The notes: generated by a model not told the origin, from the sequence alone. Shown: positions 40,329-49,993, numbered from the stretch's first letter. The stretch is 64,000 nucleotides of DNA from a virus (IMGVR_UViG_3300032313_001394:32001-96000), one strand, 5' to 3'. Numbers and translations: made by a program.

Positions 40329-40803
40329 TTTAACATGTTAAACAAACACCCCCAAATAAAAAAATCACGTTTAACTTACTATACAATGTGGTTAGTCATT
40401 TGACTAATTAGTTGTTTGACTAAGCATTTTTGGCAACAAAATATCCACTTCTAATGGTATCTTATCCACACTTCAGGATTTTCACCCGCGAACTTTTCAT
40501 TCACATGCTCAGATTGGACCCTTTTTGATGTCATTTTGTATATACATTTAAGGTTACAGGATGGGGAGGGGCGGGCACACAAAGGGCACATCCACTACTT
40601 TTATTTTACCCATCCACCTTACCTTCATTCCACATACCACCCACTTAGTCATCTCACTAATTAGTCATTCAACTACCCGTTAGTCACATTCCACACTCTG
40701 TTTTCCACATCTATATAACAAAAAAACATAACAAAAAAACGCGGGATCTACGTATATTATTAACAAAAAAAATCTATATACTACATTATATTAACAAAAA
40801 AAA
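40329..40803. other. Origin-like non-coding element
   Basis: Paired 16-bp TTAGTCA-nn-TGACTAA-like units, TTATCCACA box, TCCAC repeats, four AAC(A)7-8 tracts. Confidence 0.6.
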
Positions 40804-40807
40804 CGTG

Positions 40808-41041
40808 TCACCTAACGCGCAGTTTTCTAATACGCTCATATCGCTTAATAAACCAATACACGTGTACCAAACAAACTAATATGTTTACTATAATGGTCGG
40901 GTTATTGTTTATCATGTATCCGTACCCTACCCACGTTAGACACGCTATTAAGTTCGTTATACGAATAAAGCGTTGTTTTGATAGTGTAAACGAGAGTATG
41001 CTTAATCCCATTGCCGTGTATCCTAATATGTCTGTATTCAT
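40808..41041 (-). CDS. Small three-helix membrane protein (YgjV/PQ-loop-like)
   Basis: ILGY.A..LS..SF, IRITNLIAC..W..YG, P.IIVN. Confidence 0.65.
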   Translation of the reverse strand: MNTDILGYTAMGLSILSFTLSKQRFIRITNLIACLTWVGYGYMINNNPTIIVNILVCLVHVYWFIKRYERIRKLRVR

Positions 41042-41071
41042 GTTTATTTAGTCTGGATATTATTTATTTTC

Positions 41072-41329
41072 TTATTTTCCATTATATGTTTGTTCTAATT
41101 CTTCTAATTGTTCATCATATTCAATCTTCATAAATAGACCGCTCCAATGGCAATATGGTATTTCTACAAATTCATACCAATCACCTGGTGCTACATTATA
41201 TTTTGCTGCTTCTTTAAATGAAGTGTGTGGTACTACATCTAATACATGATATATTTCACCACGGCTTATATGTGGACGATCTGGAAAATGATTATTAGTT
41301 CCGTCTTTAATGCATATTACTTTATCCAT
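41072..41329 (-). CDS. Hypothetical protein
   Basis: KVICI...GEIYHV pattern. Confidence 0.75.
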   Translation of the reverse strand: MDKVICIKDGTNNHFPDRPHISRGEIYHVLDVVPHTSFKEAAKYNVAPGDWYEFVEIPYCHWSGLFMKIEYDEQLEELEQTYNGK

Positions 41330-41330
41330 A

Positions 41331-41693
41331 TTATTCCATTGGGGTGAAGTGACTTTCTAATACGTGTTTGATTACTTTCTCCATACGGTACTTATCATAT
41401 GTAACATCTTCAAGATATATTTCGTTAGCATTGATTCCGTACGTTTGGTCTTCGAGTAATTCTACACCTTCGTTATCTAAATCGGAAACGATATCCTCTG
41501 CAATTTGATCTATTACCATCGGTGATAATATTCTTGTTCCTAACATATCTGTAGCAACACCTAATTGCGACTTCATTTGATCGGTCATTGCTGTTTTTTC
41601 AAGGATATACTCCATTGTTTCGCCATCAACGTCGATTCCGTTTAATAATGCGATTACTGCTGTTACGATTGTTTTTTGATCTTCGTTTACCAT
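41331..41693 (-). CDS. Acidic hypothetical protein
   Basis: ORF track; promoter at 41730. Confidence 0.75.
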   Translation of the reverse strand: MVNEDQKTIVTAVIALLNGIDVDGETMEYILEKTAMTDQMKSQLGVATDMLGTRILSPMVIDQIAEDIVSDLDNEGVELLEDQTYGINANEIYLEDVTYDKYRMEKVIKHVLESHFTPME

Positions 41694-41749
41694 TGTCTGT
41701 TTATTTATTGGTTTAAATTCTTATTATATTTAAAGATAATTTAGAAATT

Positions 41750-42064
41750 TTATTTAACCAAGGTATACGTTTCATTTACCTCGTATACTTTACAATTTAA
41801 ATGTTTTAACTTAATTTGAAAACTAGACCCGTCTACTTTTTTTCCGTTTTCATCCACTTTAGCTTTTAAACTTGTAAATGTTGTTTCTAAATCAAAGTTT
41901 TTAGTAGTGGAGAAATATTTCGAATCTTTAGTTACATGTCTGCCTGTATAATATGGATTTATGTAACCAAATTTAATGTTGTATTTATAGAACTCATTTA
42001 ATTCATTCGCACCTAATTCATTTAAACCTGTTACTTCAACATAGTATTGTTTTTTATCTTTCAT
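41750..42064 (-). CDS. Hypothetical protein
   Basis: ORF track; promoter at 42086. Confidence 0.75.
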   Translation of the reverse strand: MKDKKQYYVEVTGLNELGANELNEFYKYNIKFGYINPYYTGRHVTKDSKYFSTTKNFDLETTFTSLKAKVDENGKKVDGSSFQIKLKHLNCKVYEVNETYTLVK

Positions 42065-42105
42065 GTTTGTTTGTTTTAATATATTGTAAAGGTAATTTAG
42101 AAAGT

Positions 42106-42270
42106 TTAATCTTTCAAATTATATACGTAGTATCTTATTGGTTCGCCACTACTACTTTGTATTTCGTTCATTTGTGGTTCTGATCCAATGGATTCGAATA
42201 GCTGTTGTGATCCTGTAGGATCCACTTGAAACATGTAATTAATCGTTGTTTGTAGGTAGATTTGTTTCAT
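42106..42270 (-). CDS. 54 aa hypothetical protein (not in ORF track)
   Basis: MKQIYLQTTINYMFQVDPTG...; TAATG coupled to the upstream ORF. Confidence 0.65.
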   Translation of the reverse strand: MKQIYLQTTINYMFQVDPTGSQQLFESIGSEPQMNEIQSSSGEPIRYYVYNLKD

Positions 42271-42443
42271 TACTTGATTTCCCATTCATTTTCAAACATC
42301 AATGTGTTAACGTAATCATCTAAATGTTGATATAATTTACCCATATCTACACCTAATTCCGTTTCTTTTTGGAGACTGAATGCAATTGTTGATGCTTGGT
42401 CCAAATGGAATATTAATTGTTGTAATTCTGTTGGTTGTGCCAT
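42270..42443 (-). CDS. 57 aa hypothetical protein (not in ORF track)
   Basis: MAQPTELQQLIFHLDQAS...EWEIK; starts 1 nt after the upstream stop. Confidence 0.65.
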   Translation of the reverse strand: MAQPTELQQLIFHLDQASTIAFSLQKETELGVDMGKLYQHLDDYVNTLMFENEWEIK

Positions 42444-42444
42444 G

Positions 42445-42750
42445 TTATTGTATTTTAGATTCTAATTTAACAATGAAATCAAACGCGTCTATTTTACCTC
42501 CAACGTGGAATATCGTTAATTCATTTAACGTGTATTCGCGATCGTATGTTTTCCAATCGTAGATAGTAAAGTAATCGTTTTTGAATTTAACTACCCATTC
42601 CACCTGTGTTTTATCATCACCTGATGGTGTGTTAAATGTAGGTTCGCCTAATACAGCTACTAATTGTTTGTAGGTAGCGGCTGTGTAGCCTTTTAATGAT
42701 GTGCCGCATGTTTGATTTGATGCGAATTCTTGATTTCTTAATGTTCTCAT
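42445..42750 (-). CDS. Phage hypothetical protein
   Basis: GTSLKG..ATY..LV..LGEP...DKTQVEW...TIYDWK. Confidence 0.8.
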   Translation of the reverse strand: MRTLRNQEFASNQTCGTSLKGYTAATYKQLVAVLGEPTFNTPSGDDKTQVEWVVKFKNDYFTIYDWKTYDREYTLNELTIFHVGGKIDAFDFIVKLESKIQ

Positions 42751-42796
42751 GTTCGTTTGTTTTAATTATTATAATTAAATATAACTAGGAAATCTC

Positions 42797-43111
42797 TTAA
42801 ATCCTATTCATACGGAATCGATTTCTAATGTCCCATATATTCAAACTTGAATCGGATTCAATCAAGTCACCTTTAATTAGTTTACCTGATTTACCTACAA
42901 CTGTGTTGTAGATACTGTAGCCGTATTTTGAATGTTGAACGATAATTGATCGTCCGTTATATGATAACCATTTTGAATCGCGTATCTTTTCTAATTTAAC
43001 TTCTGAATTAGCTGCTTTTACTCGTGGTTCAACCATCTTATCTATTAATGATAAAGTTGATTGTAATTGTTCTACAGGTAATTCGTTAATTAGTTTTAAT
43101 ATCTCTTCCAT
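42797..43111 (-). CDS. Hypothetical protein
   Basis: ORF track. Confidence 0.75.
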   Translation of the reverse strand: MEEILKLINELPVEQLQSTLSLIDKMVEPRVKAANSEVKLEKIRDSKWLSYNGRSIIVQHSKYGYSIYNTVVGKSGKLIKGDLIESDSSLNIWDIRNRFRMNRI

Positions 43112-43113
43112 GA

Positions 43114-43302
43114 TTATTTCTTTCTAGTTAGTGAAGCGATTTTAGATTTGAGCTCATTAGCAGCCATTGCTGGATATTTGATATCGAACATAACGCGATG
43201 TCCCTTTGCTTCTGCTTCGGTGATTTCCTTTTCAAATTGAGCTACCCATAGCTCTAATGCTTGTTCAATTACGAATTGATCGTGTCCGTTTAACTTTTTC
43301 AT
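43114..43302 (-). CDS. Hypothetical protein
   Basis: ORF track; promoter at 43332. Confidence 0.75.
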   Translation of the reverse strand: MKKLNGHDQFVIEQALELWVAQFEKEITEAEAKGHRVMFDIKYPAMAANELKSKIASLTRKK

Positions 43303-43349
43303 GTTTGTTTGTTTAAATTTTTAACTTATAATTAAATATAATTAAGAAA

Positions 43350-43370
43350 AGGTGACCTAAATGGCCACCT
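43350..43370 (-). terminator. Hairpin containing a TAG stop, fused to the promoter
   Basis: AGGTGGCC-ATTTA-GGTCACCT then TTTCTT. Confidence 0.65.
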
Positions 43371-43734
43371 CTTCTCTTTCTAATTCAACAATATCGTCTT
43401 CTTTTAACTTATACAATTCCATTTCTAAATAGGCGATCTTTGCTTTGCGATACTCTTCATTTACAATTTGTAATAAGTCATTTAACTCTTCATCTGTAAT
43501 GTCGATTTGAAATCCTACTTTGTAATTGTTATCACGAGTTGAATATCTCATAATTTCTACCTTTTCATTGTAACGTTCTCCAAATGTAACTGATGTTACG
43601 TTGTGATTTTCGGAATACCATACTGTGATATGATCTGAAAATTTGCTGTGTGTTTCGTTTGGTAGATTCTGTAATATACCTAATCCACGTACTTGCTCGA
43701 ATAATGTTTTGAATTGATTTAATTCGTTTCTCAT
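43357..43734 (-). CDS. Hypothetical protein
   Basis: ORF track; promoter at 43772. Confidence 0.75.
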   Translation of the reverse strand: MRNELNQFKTLFEQVRGLGILQNLPNETHSKFSDHITVWYSENHNVTSVTFGERYNEKVEIMRYSTRDNNYKVGFQIDITDEELNDLLQIVNEEYRKAKIAYLEMELYKLKEDDIVELEREEVAI

Positions 43735-43796
43735 TTGTTTGTTATTTAAATTATTTAACTTTTATTACATATTAAAGATAATAAGGAAATTTTTGA

Positions 43797-44150
43797 TTAC
43801 CAACTCGAACTGTAGTACAAGTCGTCTAAACAGTATGATTTAAATTCGAGTATATAATTGATTTCACTTTTTGTTTCTTTCAAATTATAATAATAACTAT
43901 CATCATATTCAACACCACCGAAGAAGAATCCGCTTTGAGTAGGTAATAACTGTTCTGCTAAGTTATTATCATTCAATACATCATTACAGGCATTATGTAA
44001 TTGAATTAAATGTTCTTTAGTTACTTTATATTGACCACAATCATCAACACCGTTTTGAACGTTGTCTACGAACCATTTGTGTATAGCATTTGCTTTACGC
44101 CATGAGGTAATCGCATTACCATCATGAATTAACATCATGTCTAATCCCAT
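43797..44150 (-). CDS. Phage hypothetical protein (MGLDM...WRKANAIH.WF type)
   Basis: MGLDM, WRKANAIHKWF, LLPTQSGFFFG, YYSSSW. Confidence 0.8.
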   Translation of the reverse strand: MGLDMMLIHDGNAITSWRKANAIHKWFVDNVQNGVDDCGQYKVTKEHLIQLHNACNDVLNDNNLAEQLLPTQSGFFFGGVEYDDSYYYNLKETKSEINYILEFKSYCLDDLYYSSSW

Positions 44151-44152
44151 AA

Positions 44153-44350
44153 TTATTTTTTTAAATTTAAACGTATATGTTCTTTACTAATGAAGTAATC
44201 TAAACTCGCTGCTGCGTTTTGAATTACTAATAGTAAATCGATTTGTGATAGTACTGGATCGGTATTTAACAGTTGCTGTGATGCTTTAGCAATCATATTG
44301 CTGTAGTACTCAATTTTGGGCATGTAGCCGTTCGGATATTTATTTTTCAT
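44153..44350 (-). CDS. Hypothetical protein
   Basis: ORF track; promoter at 44375. Confidence 0.75.
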   Translation of the reverse strand: MKNKYPNGYMPKIEYYSNMIAKASQQLLNTDPVLSQIDLLLVIQNAAASLDYFISKEHIRLNLKK

Positions 44351-44395
44351 GTTTGTTTGTTTTAATTATTATATTTAAATATAATTAAGAAAGTC

Positions 44396-44656
44396 TTAAA
44401 ATTCAATCATTGAAATTGGTACATTATATGAACCAACCGTACCTTCAATCTGTAGAATCGCTTTAGTACGTTTTACTTGTTTTACAATCAATGATTTGCC
44501 TTGTAATGTGGGGTGATTTACTTTCACTTTATCACCAATATTCAATTCAAATTGAGCAATTAACTGTTTACGTTTCAATTTAATTGTTTTAACAACCATT
44601 TCGTTTAATGTACGTAATTGCTCTAATGTTAGTTGATTTAATTGTGCTTGTGTCAT
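44396..44656 (-). CDS. Small SH3/KOW-like protein
   Basis: LNIGDKVKV...VKQVKRTKA...YNVPISMI. Confidence 0.65.
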   Translation of the reverse strand: MTQAQLNQLTLEQLRTLNEMVVKTIKLKRKQLIAQFELNIGDKVKVNHPTLQGKSLIVKQVKRTKAILQIEGTVGSYNVPISMIEF

Positions 44657-44662
44657 GTTTAT

Positions 44663-44851
44663 TTATTTATATAAATTCATTAATAGACCATCTATGAAAC
44701 AATGTAATTCATTTTCAGTTTCAATACATCCTTCATAATAATCAACTACTTGATCAATAAATCGTTGTTGTAATTCAGGTGTTGTTAGATAACTGTCTTT
44801 AAAATCTTCTGCTAATTCAGTTATATAGGCTTTTACACTTTGAGTATCCAT
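44663..44851 (-). CDS. Hypothetical protein
   Basis: ORF track; promoter at 44879. Confidence 0.75.
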   Translation of the reverse strand: MDTQSVKAYITELAEDFKDSYLTTPELQQRFIDQVVDYYEGCIETENELHCFIDGLLMNLYK

Positions 44852-44907
44852 ATGTTTGTTTAAATTATTTATTACAAGTTAAATATAATAAGGAAAACTT
44901 TAATACT

Positions 44908-45657
44908 CTATTGAGCATTAAAGTAATCCATGACCTCGTTAACAGACATCTTTCTGAATACAGTGTCTACTTTCTCACGTGTATATTCTCTATCAGGTGT
45001 ACTATATACTTCAAACACTATATAACTACCTGATTTAAATGTAACTGTAACAGTATCGAATTCTGTATAATTACCTCTACCACGATTATAACCTTTACCT
45101 GCTTTTACTTCAGCGTCTGGGTATAGTTTCTTGTATTTATCAATTGTATATTCTACTGTTGATTTAGTTTTATTAGCGATTTCGTATTTGTATTTAGCCG
45201 TTTCAGCTGCTTTAGCGATGTTAGCTAATAATGTTGTTGGTTTAAGAGCGCGTGAATTTTGAGTTAATGAATAACATTCAAGTTTATCACCACGTAAATC
45301 AACCCATGCTTTGCGTTTAATAATTTTATTTTGGCCAGCATCATATTCATCAAATAAGATATAAAATTTACCATTGAAATGATCTAATTCAACTTCAACC
45401 ATTTTACGATCTTCTCTCCATGAGTTGACATTAATTTCACGCATCACCTTAATACAGTCAGTACTATAACCATATTGAGAATTTGTAAATCCAGCTTCAT
45501 CAACTAAATTTACTTTACGTAACACTTCATCTTGTTGACGTTGCATTTGCTTTGTAGCTGATATTTTTTCATCTGCAACTCGTTGTTCTTGTTCTACAGT
45601 TAACATATCTGCAAACAATGGTAATTGGTTTGGGGCAATTTCGATTATATTTTCCAT
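44908..45657 (-). CDS. Hypothetical protein
   Basis: ORF track; promoter at 45682. Confidence 0.8.
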   Translation of the reverse strand: MENIIEIAPNQLPLFADMLTVEQEQRVADEKISATKQMQRQQDEVLRKVNLVDEAGFTNSQYGYSTDCIKVMREINVNSWREDRKMVEVELDHFNGKFYILFDEYDAGQNKIIKRKAWVDLRGDKLECYSLTQNSRALKPTTLLANIAKAAETAKYKYEIANKTKSTVEYTIDKYKKLYPDAEVKAGKGYNRGRGNYTEFDTVTVTFKSGSYIVFEVYSTPDREYTREKVDTVFRKMSVNEVMDYFNAQ

Positions 45658-45699
45658 ATTTGTTTGTTTAAATTATTATACTTAAATATAATTAAGAAA

Positions 45700-45996
45700 T
45701 TAAACACCTATATTATTAAGTGCTTTTTCATATTTATCAATCTCAGGAATAATAACTGTTTGAATATAATCATTAAACAACGTTTCGTGTTCAATCATTT
45801 CTGCAGGCGCCCAATTGTAAGTACATACATCATAATATGATCTATGATACGACATTGACTCGTTTGGATAATTTTCATTAGTCAATGTGTACGTTCCATC
45901 ACCCTCAATATCGTCTACTTCATACTCTGGATAGTTTTCAGTTAACCATGTTAGGAACGTTTTGTTAATTAATTTGCGTTTTTCTGTCTTATTCAT
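45700..45996 (-). CDS. Hypothetical protein
   Basis: ORF track; promoter at 46022. Confidence 0.75.
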   Translation of the reverse strand: MNKTEKRKLINKTFLTWLTENYPEYEVDDIEGDGTYTLTNENYPNESMSYHRSYYDVCTYNWAPAEMIEHETLFNDYIQTVIIPEIDKYEKALNNIGV

Positions 45997-46038
45997 ATGT
46001 TTGTTTATTTATTTGTACAGATTAAAGATAATAAGGAA

Positions 46039-46056
46039 AGAGGGCTAAAGCCCTCT
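46039..46056 (-). terminator. Terminator hairpin fused to the promoter
   Basis: AGAGGGC-TTTA-GCCCTCT then TTCCTT. Confidence 0.7.
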
Positions 46057-46063
46057 ATCCATG

Positions 46064-46312
46064 TTATTCACCTCTATTTCCCGCTTTCTGGAATTTCTTA
46101 TAATCAGGAATACCTTCGAAATTACGTTGCCAATAATCGAAGTCCTTCTCGCTCATCGGCATTCCGAATACGTGGTATTCTTTTAATTTGCGATCACCTT
46201 GTGGAATGAATGCAGGTCCATCTGAGTTGTGGAATTGTTTCTTACCACCTCGATCAATGTAATAGCCGATTGTTCCGTCTGCTGTTTTAAATTTACCGTA
46301 CTTTAATTTCAT
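46064..46312 (-). CDS. Small protein with H.xDGPA motif
   Basis: FHNSDGPAFIP...KEYHVFG. Confidence 0.75.
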   Translation of the reverse strand: MKLKYGKFKTADGTIGYYIDRGGKKQFHNSDGPAFIPQGDRKLKEYHVFGMPMSEKDFDYWQRNFEGIPDYKKFQKAGNRGE

Positions 46313-46316
46313 AACT

Positions 46317-46442
46317 TTATTTTTTAATGTTCCACTTTTTTTCTAAATAATCGTAATAGCGTTGTGTTTTATTTCCATTATATAGGAAATATACTAAATG
46401 GATATCAATCCAAAATTCAATTTTACGTAGTAGCTGTTTCAT
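46317..46442 (-). CDS. 41 aa hypothetical protein (not in ORF track)
   Basis: MKQLLRKIEFWIDIHLVYFLYNGNK...; ATGA overlap with the upstream stop. Confidence 0.6.
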   Translation of the reverse strand: MKQLLRKIEFWIDIHLVYFLYNGNKTQRYYDYLEKKWNIKK

Positions 46443-47164
46443 CTTTTATATGTGTTAAATTTAATTTCACCGTTATCCGTACTAATTTGTTCTAAAATCA
46501 TATACTGACCTGATGTACCTAATGTATCAATATAGTAGTAACGACCACCTGTTGATTTACCTTCAGTATCAATCTTACCTTGTGTAGTATGACCTACAAC
46601 TTGAATAAATTGGTCACGTAATGTATCACGATTCGCAGCCTGTAATGAATAGGGGCGAATCCAAATCGGTGATGATATTTTACTGTCACCATATGGATCA
46701 CGACCTGCAAATCCAAATACATTTGGGGTATATTCCCATAAATCATTTACTTTCTCTTCAACTGATTCCCATCCTTCCCATTTATTAATCTTTAACCAAT
46801 CATAACTAACACCAGCATGAGTAAATAAGAAATCACCCATTTGATAACACATTTGCATGTGTTGTCTATTTTCATATAATAACTGCTCAATGGCGGGTCT
46901 TGCCCCACTTTGATATCCTGAATAATATTGAGTAACACCACGCATGTAATGGTAATCGTGGTTACCAATCAACATAATTACTTCAGATTGGCCTGATTGT
47001 TTCCAATCAATAATTTCCTGAAAGTTATGCATCTGCTCAACTGCGGTATTATCAAATGAATCAAAGTAATCACCAATGAATATAACTCGATCTGGAGATT
47101 CGCTTGCTACGATTTGCTTCCAATGTGGGCGACCATGTGTGTCGCCTAATATAACTGTTTTCAT
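46439..47164 (-). CDS. Calcineurin-like metallophosphoesterase
   Basis: GDTHG, GDYFD, GNHD, HAG, GHT. Confidence 0.9.
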   Translation of the reverse strand: MKTVILGDTHGRPHWKQIVASESPDRVIFIGDYFDSFDNTAVEQMHNFQEIIDWKQSGQSEVIMLIGNHDYHYMRGVTQYYSGYQSGARPAIEQLLYENRQHMQMCYQMGDFLFTHAGVSYDWLKINKWEGWESVEEKVNDLWEYTPNVFGFAGRDPYGDSKISSPIWIRPYSLQAANRDTLRDQFIQVVGHTTQGKIDTEGKSTGGRYYYIDTLGTSGQYMILEQISTDNGEIKFNTYKR

Positions 47165-47166
47165 AA

Positions 47167-47385
47167 CTATATATGTAAATGGTCTTTAATGTTTTGAATA
47201 TGCTTACACACTTTAGTACGTCCACATTGGAATGCTAAGCAATTGCATTTCAATTGGTTATCTTGATTTCGTACTACCTTATAATCTTGGTATTTACCTT
47301 TTTTATCTTTGGATCCCATCACTATATAAGTGATTGTCCATTTTTCAGTTGGTATCTGTGTTGATTTTGGTCGTCCTCTGGGCAT
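47167..47385 (-). CDS. AT-hook plus SWIM-type Zn-finger protein
   Basis: PRGRPK; CNC...CKH. Confidence 0.7.
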   Translation of the reverse strand: MPRGRPKSTQIPTEKWTITYIVMGSKDKKGKYQDYKVVRNQDNQLKCNCLAFQCGRTKVCKHIQNIKDHLHI

Positions 47386-47530
47386 CTGATAGTTGGTTTT
47401 GTAATTGACGTATTTCTAATTGTAACATTTTATATTCATTTGAGCGTAGTCCATCTTTACTCGACAACAATATTATTGTTGACTGATTGTGTAAATTCAT
47501 CAGTTGAGTAATTATAGTATTTGTTTCCAC
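47345..47530 (-). CDS. Hypothetical protein
   Basis: ORF track. Confidence 0.6.
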   Translation of the reverse strand: METNTIITQLMNLHNQSTIILLSSKDGLRSNEYKMLQLEIRQLQNQLSDAQRTTKINTDTN

Positions 47531-47538
47531 TGCTCATA

Positions 47539-47733
47539 TTATATACACATATAAATATAATGGGACATATCTCTATGTCCCTTATGTTTTACTTGATATA
47601 ATTTATCTCGTTTACCTTTACCTGTTCGTTGTGTTGTCATTCTGGATATGATATGACAACTTTCACCTATTGATAGTGGTTCCGGTTTAAATTGAGATAA
47701 TATTTCTGCGAATGTTAATTTGTTATTTTTCAT
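47539..47733 (-). CDS. Basic hypothetical protein, probably leaderless mRNA
   Basis: Promoter 18-mer ends 3 nt before the ATG. Confidence 0.7.
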   Translation of the reverse strand: MKNNKLTFAEILSQFKPEPLSIGESCHIISRMTTQRTGKGKRDKLYQVKHKGHRDMSHYIYMCI

Positions 47734-47756
47734 ATCTTAAAGATAATAAGGAAATC

Positions 47757-48374
47757 TTATTTATCCAAACCTGCTAACTTACCTAATCGCTCATACATTG
47801 AAGCATAGTCACGAGGTACTTCACGGTTCGCTTCCTCTTCCTCATAATCGTCTACCATTGCTTTATCTCTATCTGATAATGGTTTATTAGGTAATGCTTT
47901 ATCTTCATCACTTAGATGATCAGTATTATCAGGTTCGATTTCGTCTATTGCTTCTTGAGCACGAGCATAATATTCGCTTGCTTTATCAAGGTATAATTTG
48001 GTTGCTTGATCATTGATAGTTGGATCCATAGCTAATGTTCTATATTCATAGAATTTATCCATTAAAAACTTTATATAATCAGCTGGACTCATTTCGTCTT
48101 TAGCATCAGGACCAAACTCTTCTATCACTTCATTAATTTCAGATGTTAATGGAGATAATTCATACCAATATAAATAACCTGTATCTTCATCATAATCATC
48201 ATATTCTTCTGCTTTTAAACCTAATTTAGCTAAACCAGCATTTAATCCATTTAAATCTCTTTGACGATTCCAATATCCTGTTCTGATATATGGTTTTGCA
48301 CTTTGTAAACGATCAATTTGAGCATTAGGTTCTAATTCTAAAACGCCTTGTATTTGTTCTGGAGTTAATTTCAT
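47757..48374 (-). CDS. Acidic protein with C-terminal RL.KLAGL tail
   Basis: Internal EINE; ends YERLGKLAGLDK, like 274..804. Confidence 0.75.
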   Translation of the reverse strand: MKLTPEQIQGVLELEPNAQIDRLQSAKPYIRTGYWNRQRDLNGLNAGLAKLGLKAEEYDDYDEDTGYLYWYELSPLTSEINEVIEEFGPDAKDEMSPADYIKFLMDKFYEYRTLAMDPTINDQATKLYLDKASEYYARAQEAIDEIEPDNTDHLSDEDKALPNKPLSDRDKAMVDDYEEEEANREVPRDYASMYERLGKLAGLDK

Positions 48375-48414
48375 TTTATTATTTATTCATTTGATATAAA
48401 TATAATTAAGAAAA

Positions 48415-48430
48415 GGGAACCTAAGTTCCC
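48415..48430 (-). terminator. Terminator hairpin fused to the promoter
   Basis: GGGAAC-TTAG-GTTCCC then TTTTCTT. Confidence 0.7.
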
Positions 48431-48454
48431 CTTAATTAAAATACTAATATGAAA

Positions 48455-48628
48455 TTACTGAACATTCTTAGCTGTATCAACAGCAGCAGTATCAGCAACA
48501 ACTGTATCTGCAGCAATAGTATCTACTGTAGTTGAGTCAGCAGTAGCAGTTTCTGTTTTAGAACCACATGATGTAGCTGCTAATGCGATAAATAATGCAA
48601 CGAATGTTAATGCGAATAAATTTTTCAT
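48455..48628 (-). CDS. 57 aa lipoprotein with repeated D-(S/T)-x motifs (not in ORF track)
   Basis: MKNLFALTFVALFIALAATSC-GSKTETATADSTTVDTIAADTVVADTAAVDTAKNVQ. Confidence 0.8.
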   Translation of the reverse strand: MKNLFALTFVALFIALAATSCGSKTETATADSTTVDTIAADTVVADTAAVDTAKNVQ

Positions 48629-48629
48629 T

Positions 48630-48818
48630 TTACTTTGGTTTATTTTTATTTAATTGTTTAATATACTCACGATTACGAATATGAAATCCATTAATCCCTA
48701 AACGATGGTAACGTTTTAAGTTAGTACGTTTGTGGTGGAATCGTCCAGTTTCACGTACATACGTATAACAACTCGACGTTAAAACTGAAATTACGATAAA
48801 TAATAATAACTTTTTCAT
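48630..48818 (-). CDS. Small basic lipoprotein
   Basis: MKKLLLFIVISVLTSSC lipobox. Confidence 0.7.
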   Translation of the reverse strand: MKKLLLFIVISVLTSSCYTYVRETGRFHHKRTNLKRYHRLGINGFHIRNREYIKQLNKNKPK

Positions 48819-48844
48819 ATGATTTAAATGTAGTTAAGAAATCC

Positions 48845-49993
48845 TTAAAATCCAATCTTGCGTTTTGTATCTACTGCTTTGTATTCTACTTCTTGTAAGT
48901 TATATATTTCAGTTAATGTCATATCATCAGTAGCGACATGATCTATTCCTAAATGCTTAATCAATTTATTTACGTCGTCGACTTTTAATTTATCGAATTT
49001 ATGTTCAGCAATTAATCTACCTTTACGTAATAATGCTGTATCGATTTTCTTACGATCCATATTGAATGTAGCAACGATCTGGATATTTAATATATCACCT
49101 AATATACCGTCAGTTAAGTTCAGGATATTTGATACACCGTTTGCTCCATTAGCATCTCGGTCAGTAATAACACGTTCAGCGTCTTCAATGAATAGAATCG
49201 AATCACTGTTTTCAATTAGAAACGGAGTCATCTCAGGTGAGGTGATGAAGTCCACCAAATAGGGTGGAACGAACATCACCTTCTTGTCCTTGATTTTAGA
49301 GGCTAAATATTTTAAATAATGTGTTTTACCTGTACCTGGTTCACCATGTAATAGTACTAATCCCTTACCTTTCTTTTGATTCAGTGTTTTAAGTATTTTA
49401 TCATGAATGGGGAGAAATGATGAACCATAGTTATGTTCTAAATCTAATTTCTGTTTAGGCAGATCGAATGTTTGGGTATCATATCCATGACGAGTCTGAA
49501 CGATTAATGATATATTATTTTCCCGTTTTGGTTTTTTCTTTAGAATCTTAAGTAAACTATCCTTCAATAACTGGAATCCATCATTACTAATATTGGAATA
49601 TAATGTTATACCTCCTTCATTATAATCTTCATCATCGTCATCTTTAGTATGGTTTACTTCAGTAAATGGACTAAACTTTAATAATACCATTGCTGGTTCT
49701 TGATTTGAATCTAGAACTAATTTTCTAAATACTTTCGTTTCAGAACGTTTTTTATATGAAGTATAATTTACACTATGTATTTCTTCAAAATTCCATTTAG
49801 TTAACCATGATTTCATCTCCTCTAACTTAAACGAATATCCTGAAAGATATTCATATATAGTCATCCACTTATCAGTTTGAGCTGTAAAATAGTGAGCTAT
49901 TGGGAATTCATCAATATCAGAATTATGGAATGGAGTATTATTCATTGTTTCGTGTTTACCCTTAGTTAAATCATTTATGCTTATATAAGTCAT
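48845..49993 (-). CDS. AAA+ ATPase
   Basis: LLHGEPGTGKT, LFIEDAE, LNLTDG, DTALLRKGR. Confidence 0.9.
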   Translation of the reverse strand: MTYISINDLTKGKHETMNNTPFHNSDIDEFPIAHYFTAQTDKWMTIYEYLSGYSFKLEEMKSWLTKWNFEEIHSVNYTSYKKRSETKVFRKLVLDSNQEPAMVLLKFSPFTEVNHTKDDDDEDYNEGGITLYSNISNDGFQLLKDSLLKILKKKPKRENNISLIVQTRHGYDTQTFDLPKQKLDLEHNYGSSFLPIHDKILKTLNQKKGKGLVLLHGEPGTGKTHYLKYLASKIKDKKVMFVPPYLVDFITSPEMTPFLIENSDSILFIEDAERVITDRDANGANGVSNILNLTDGILGDILNIQIVATFNMDRKKIDTALLRKGRLIAEHKFDKLKVDDVNKLIKHLGIDHVATDDMTLTEIYNLQEVEYKAVDTKRKIGF

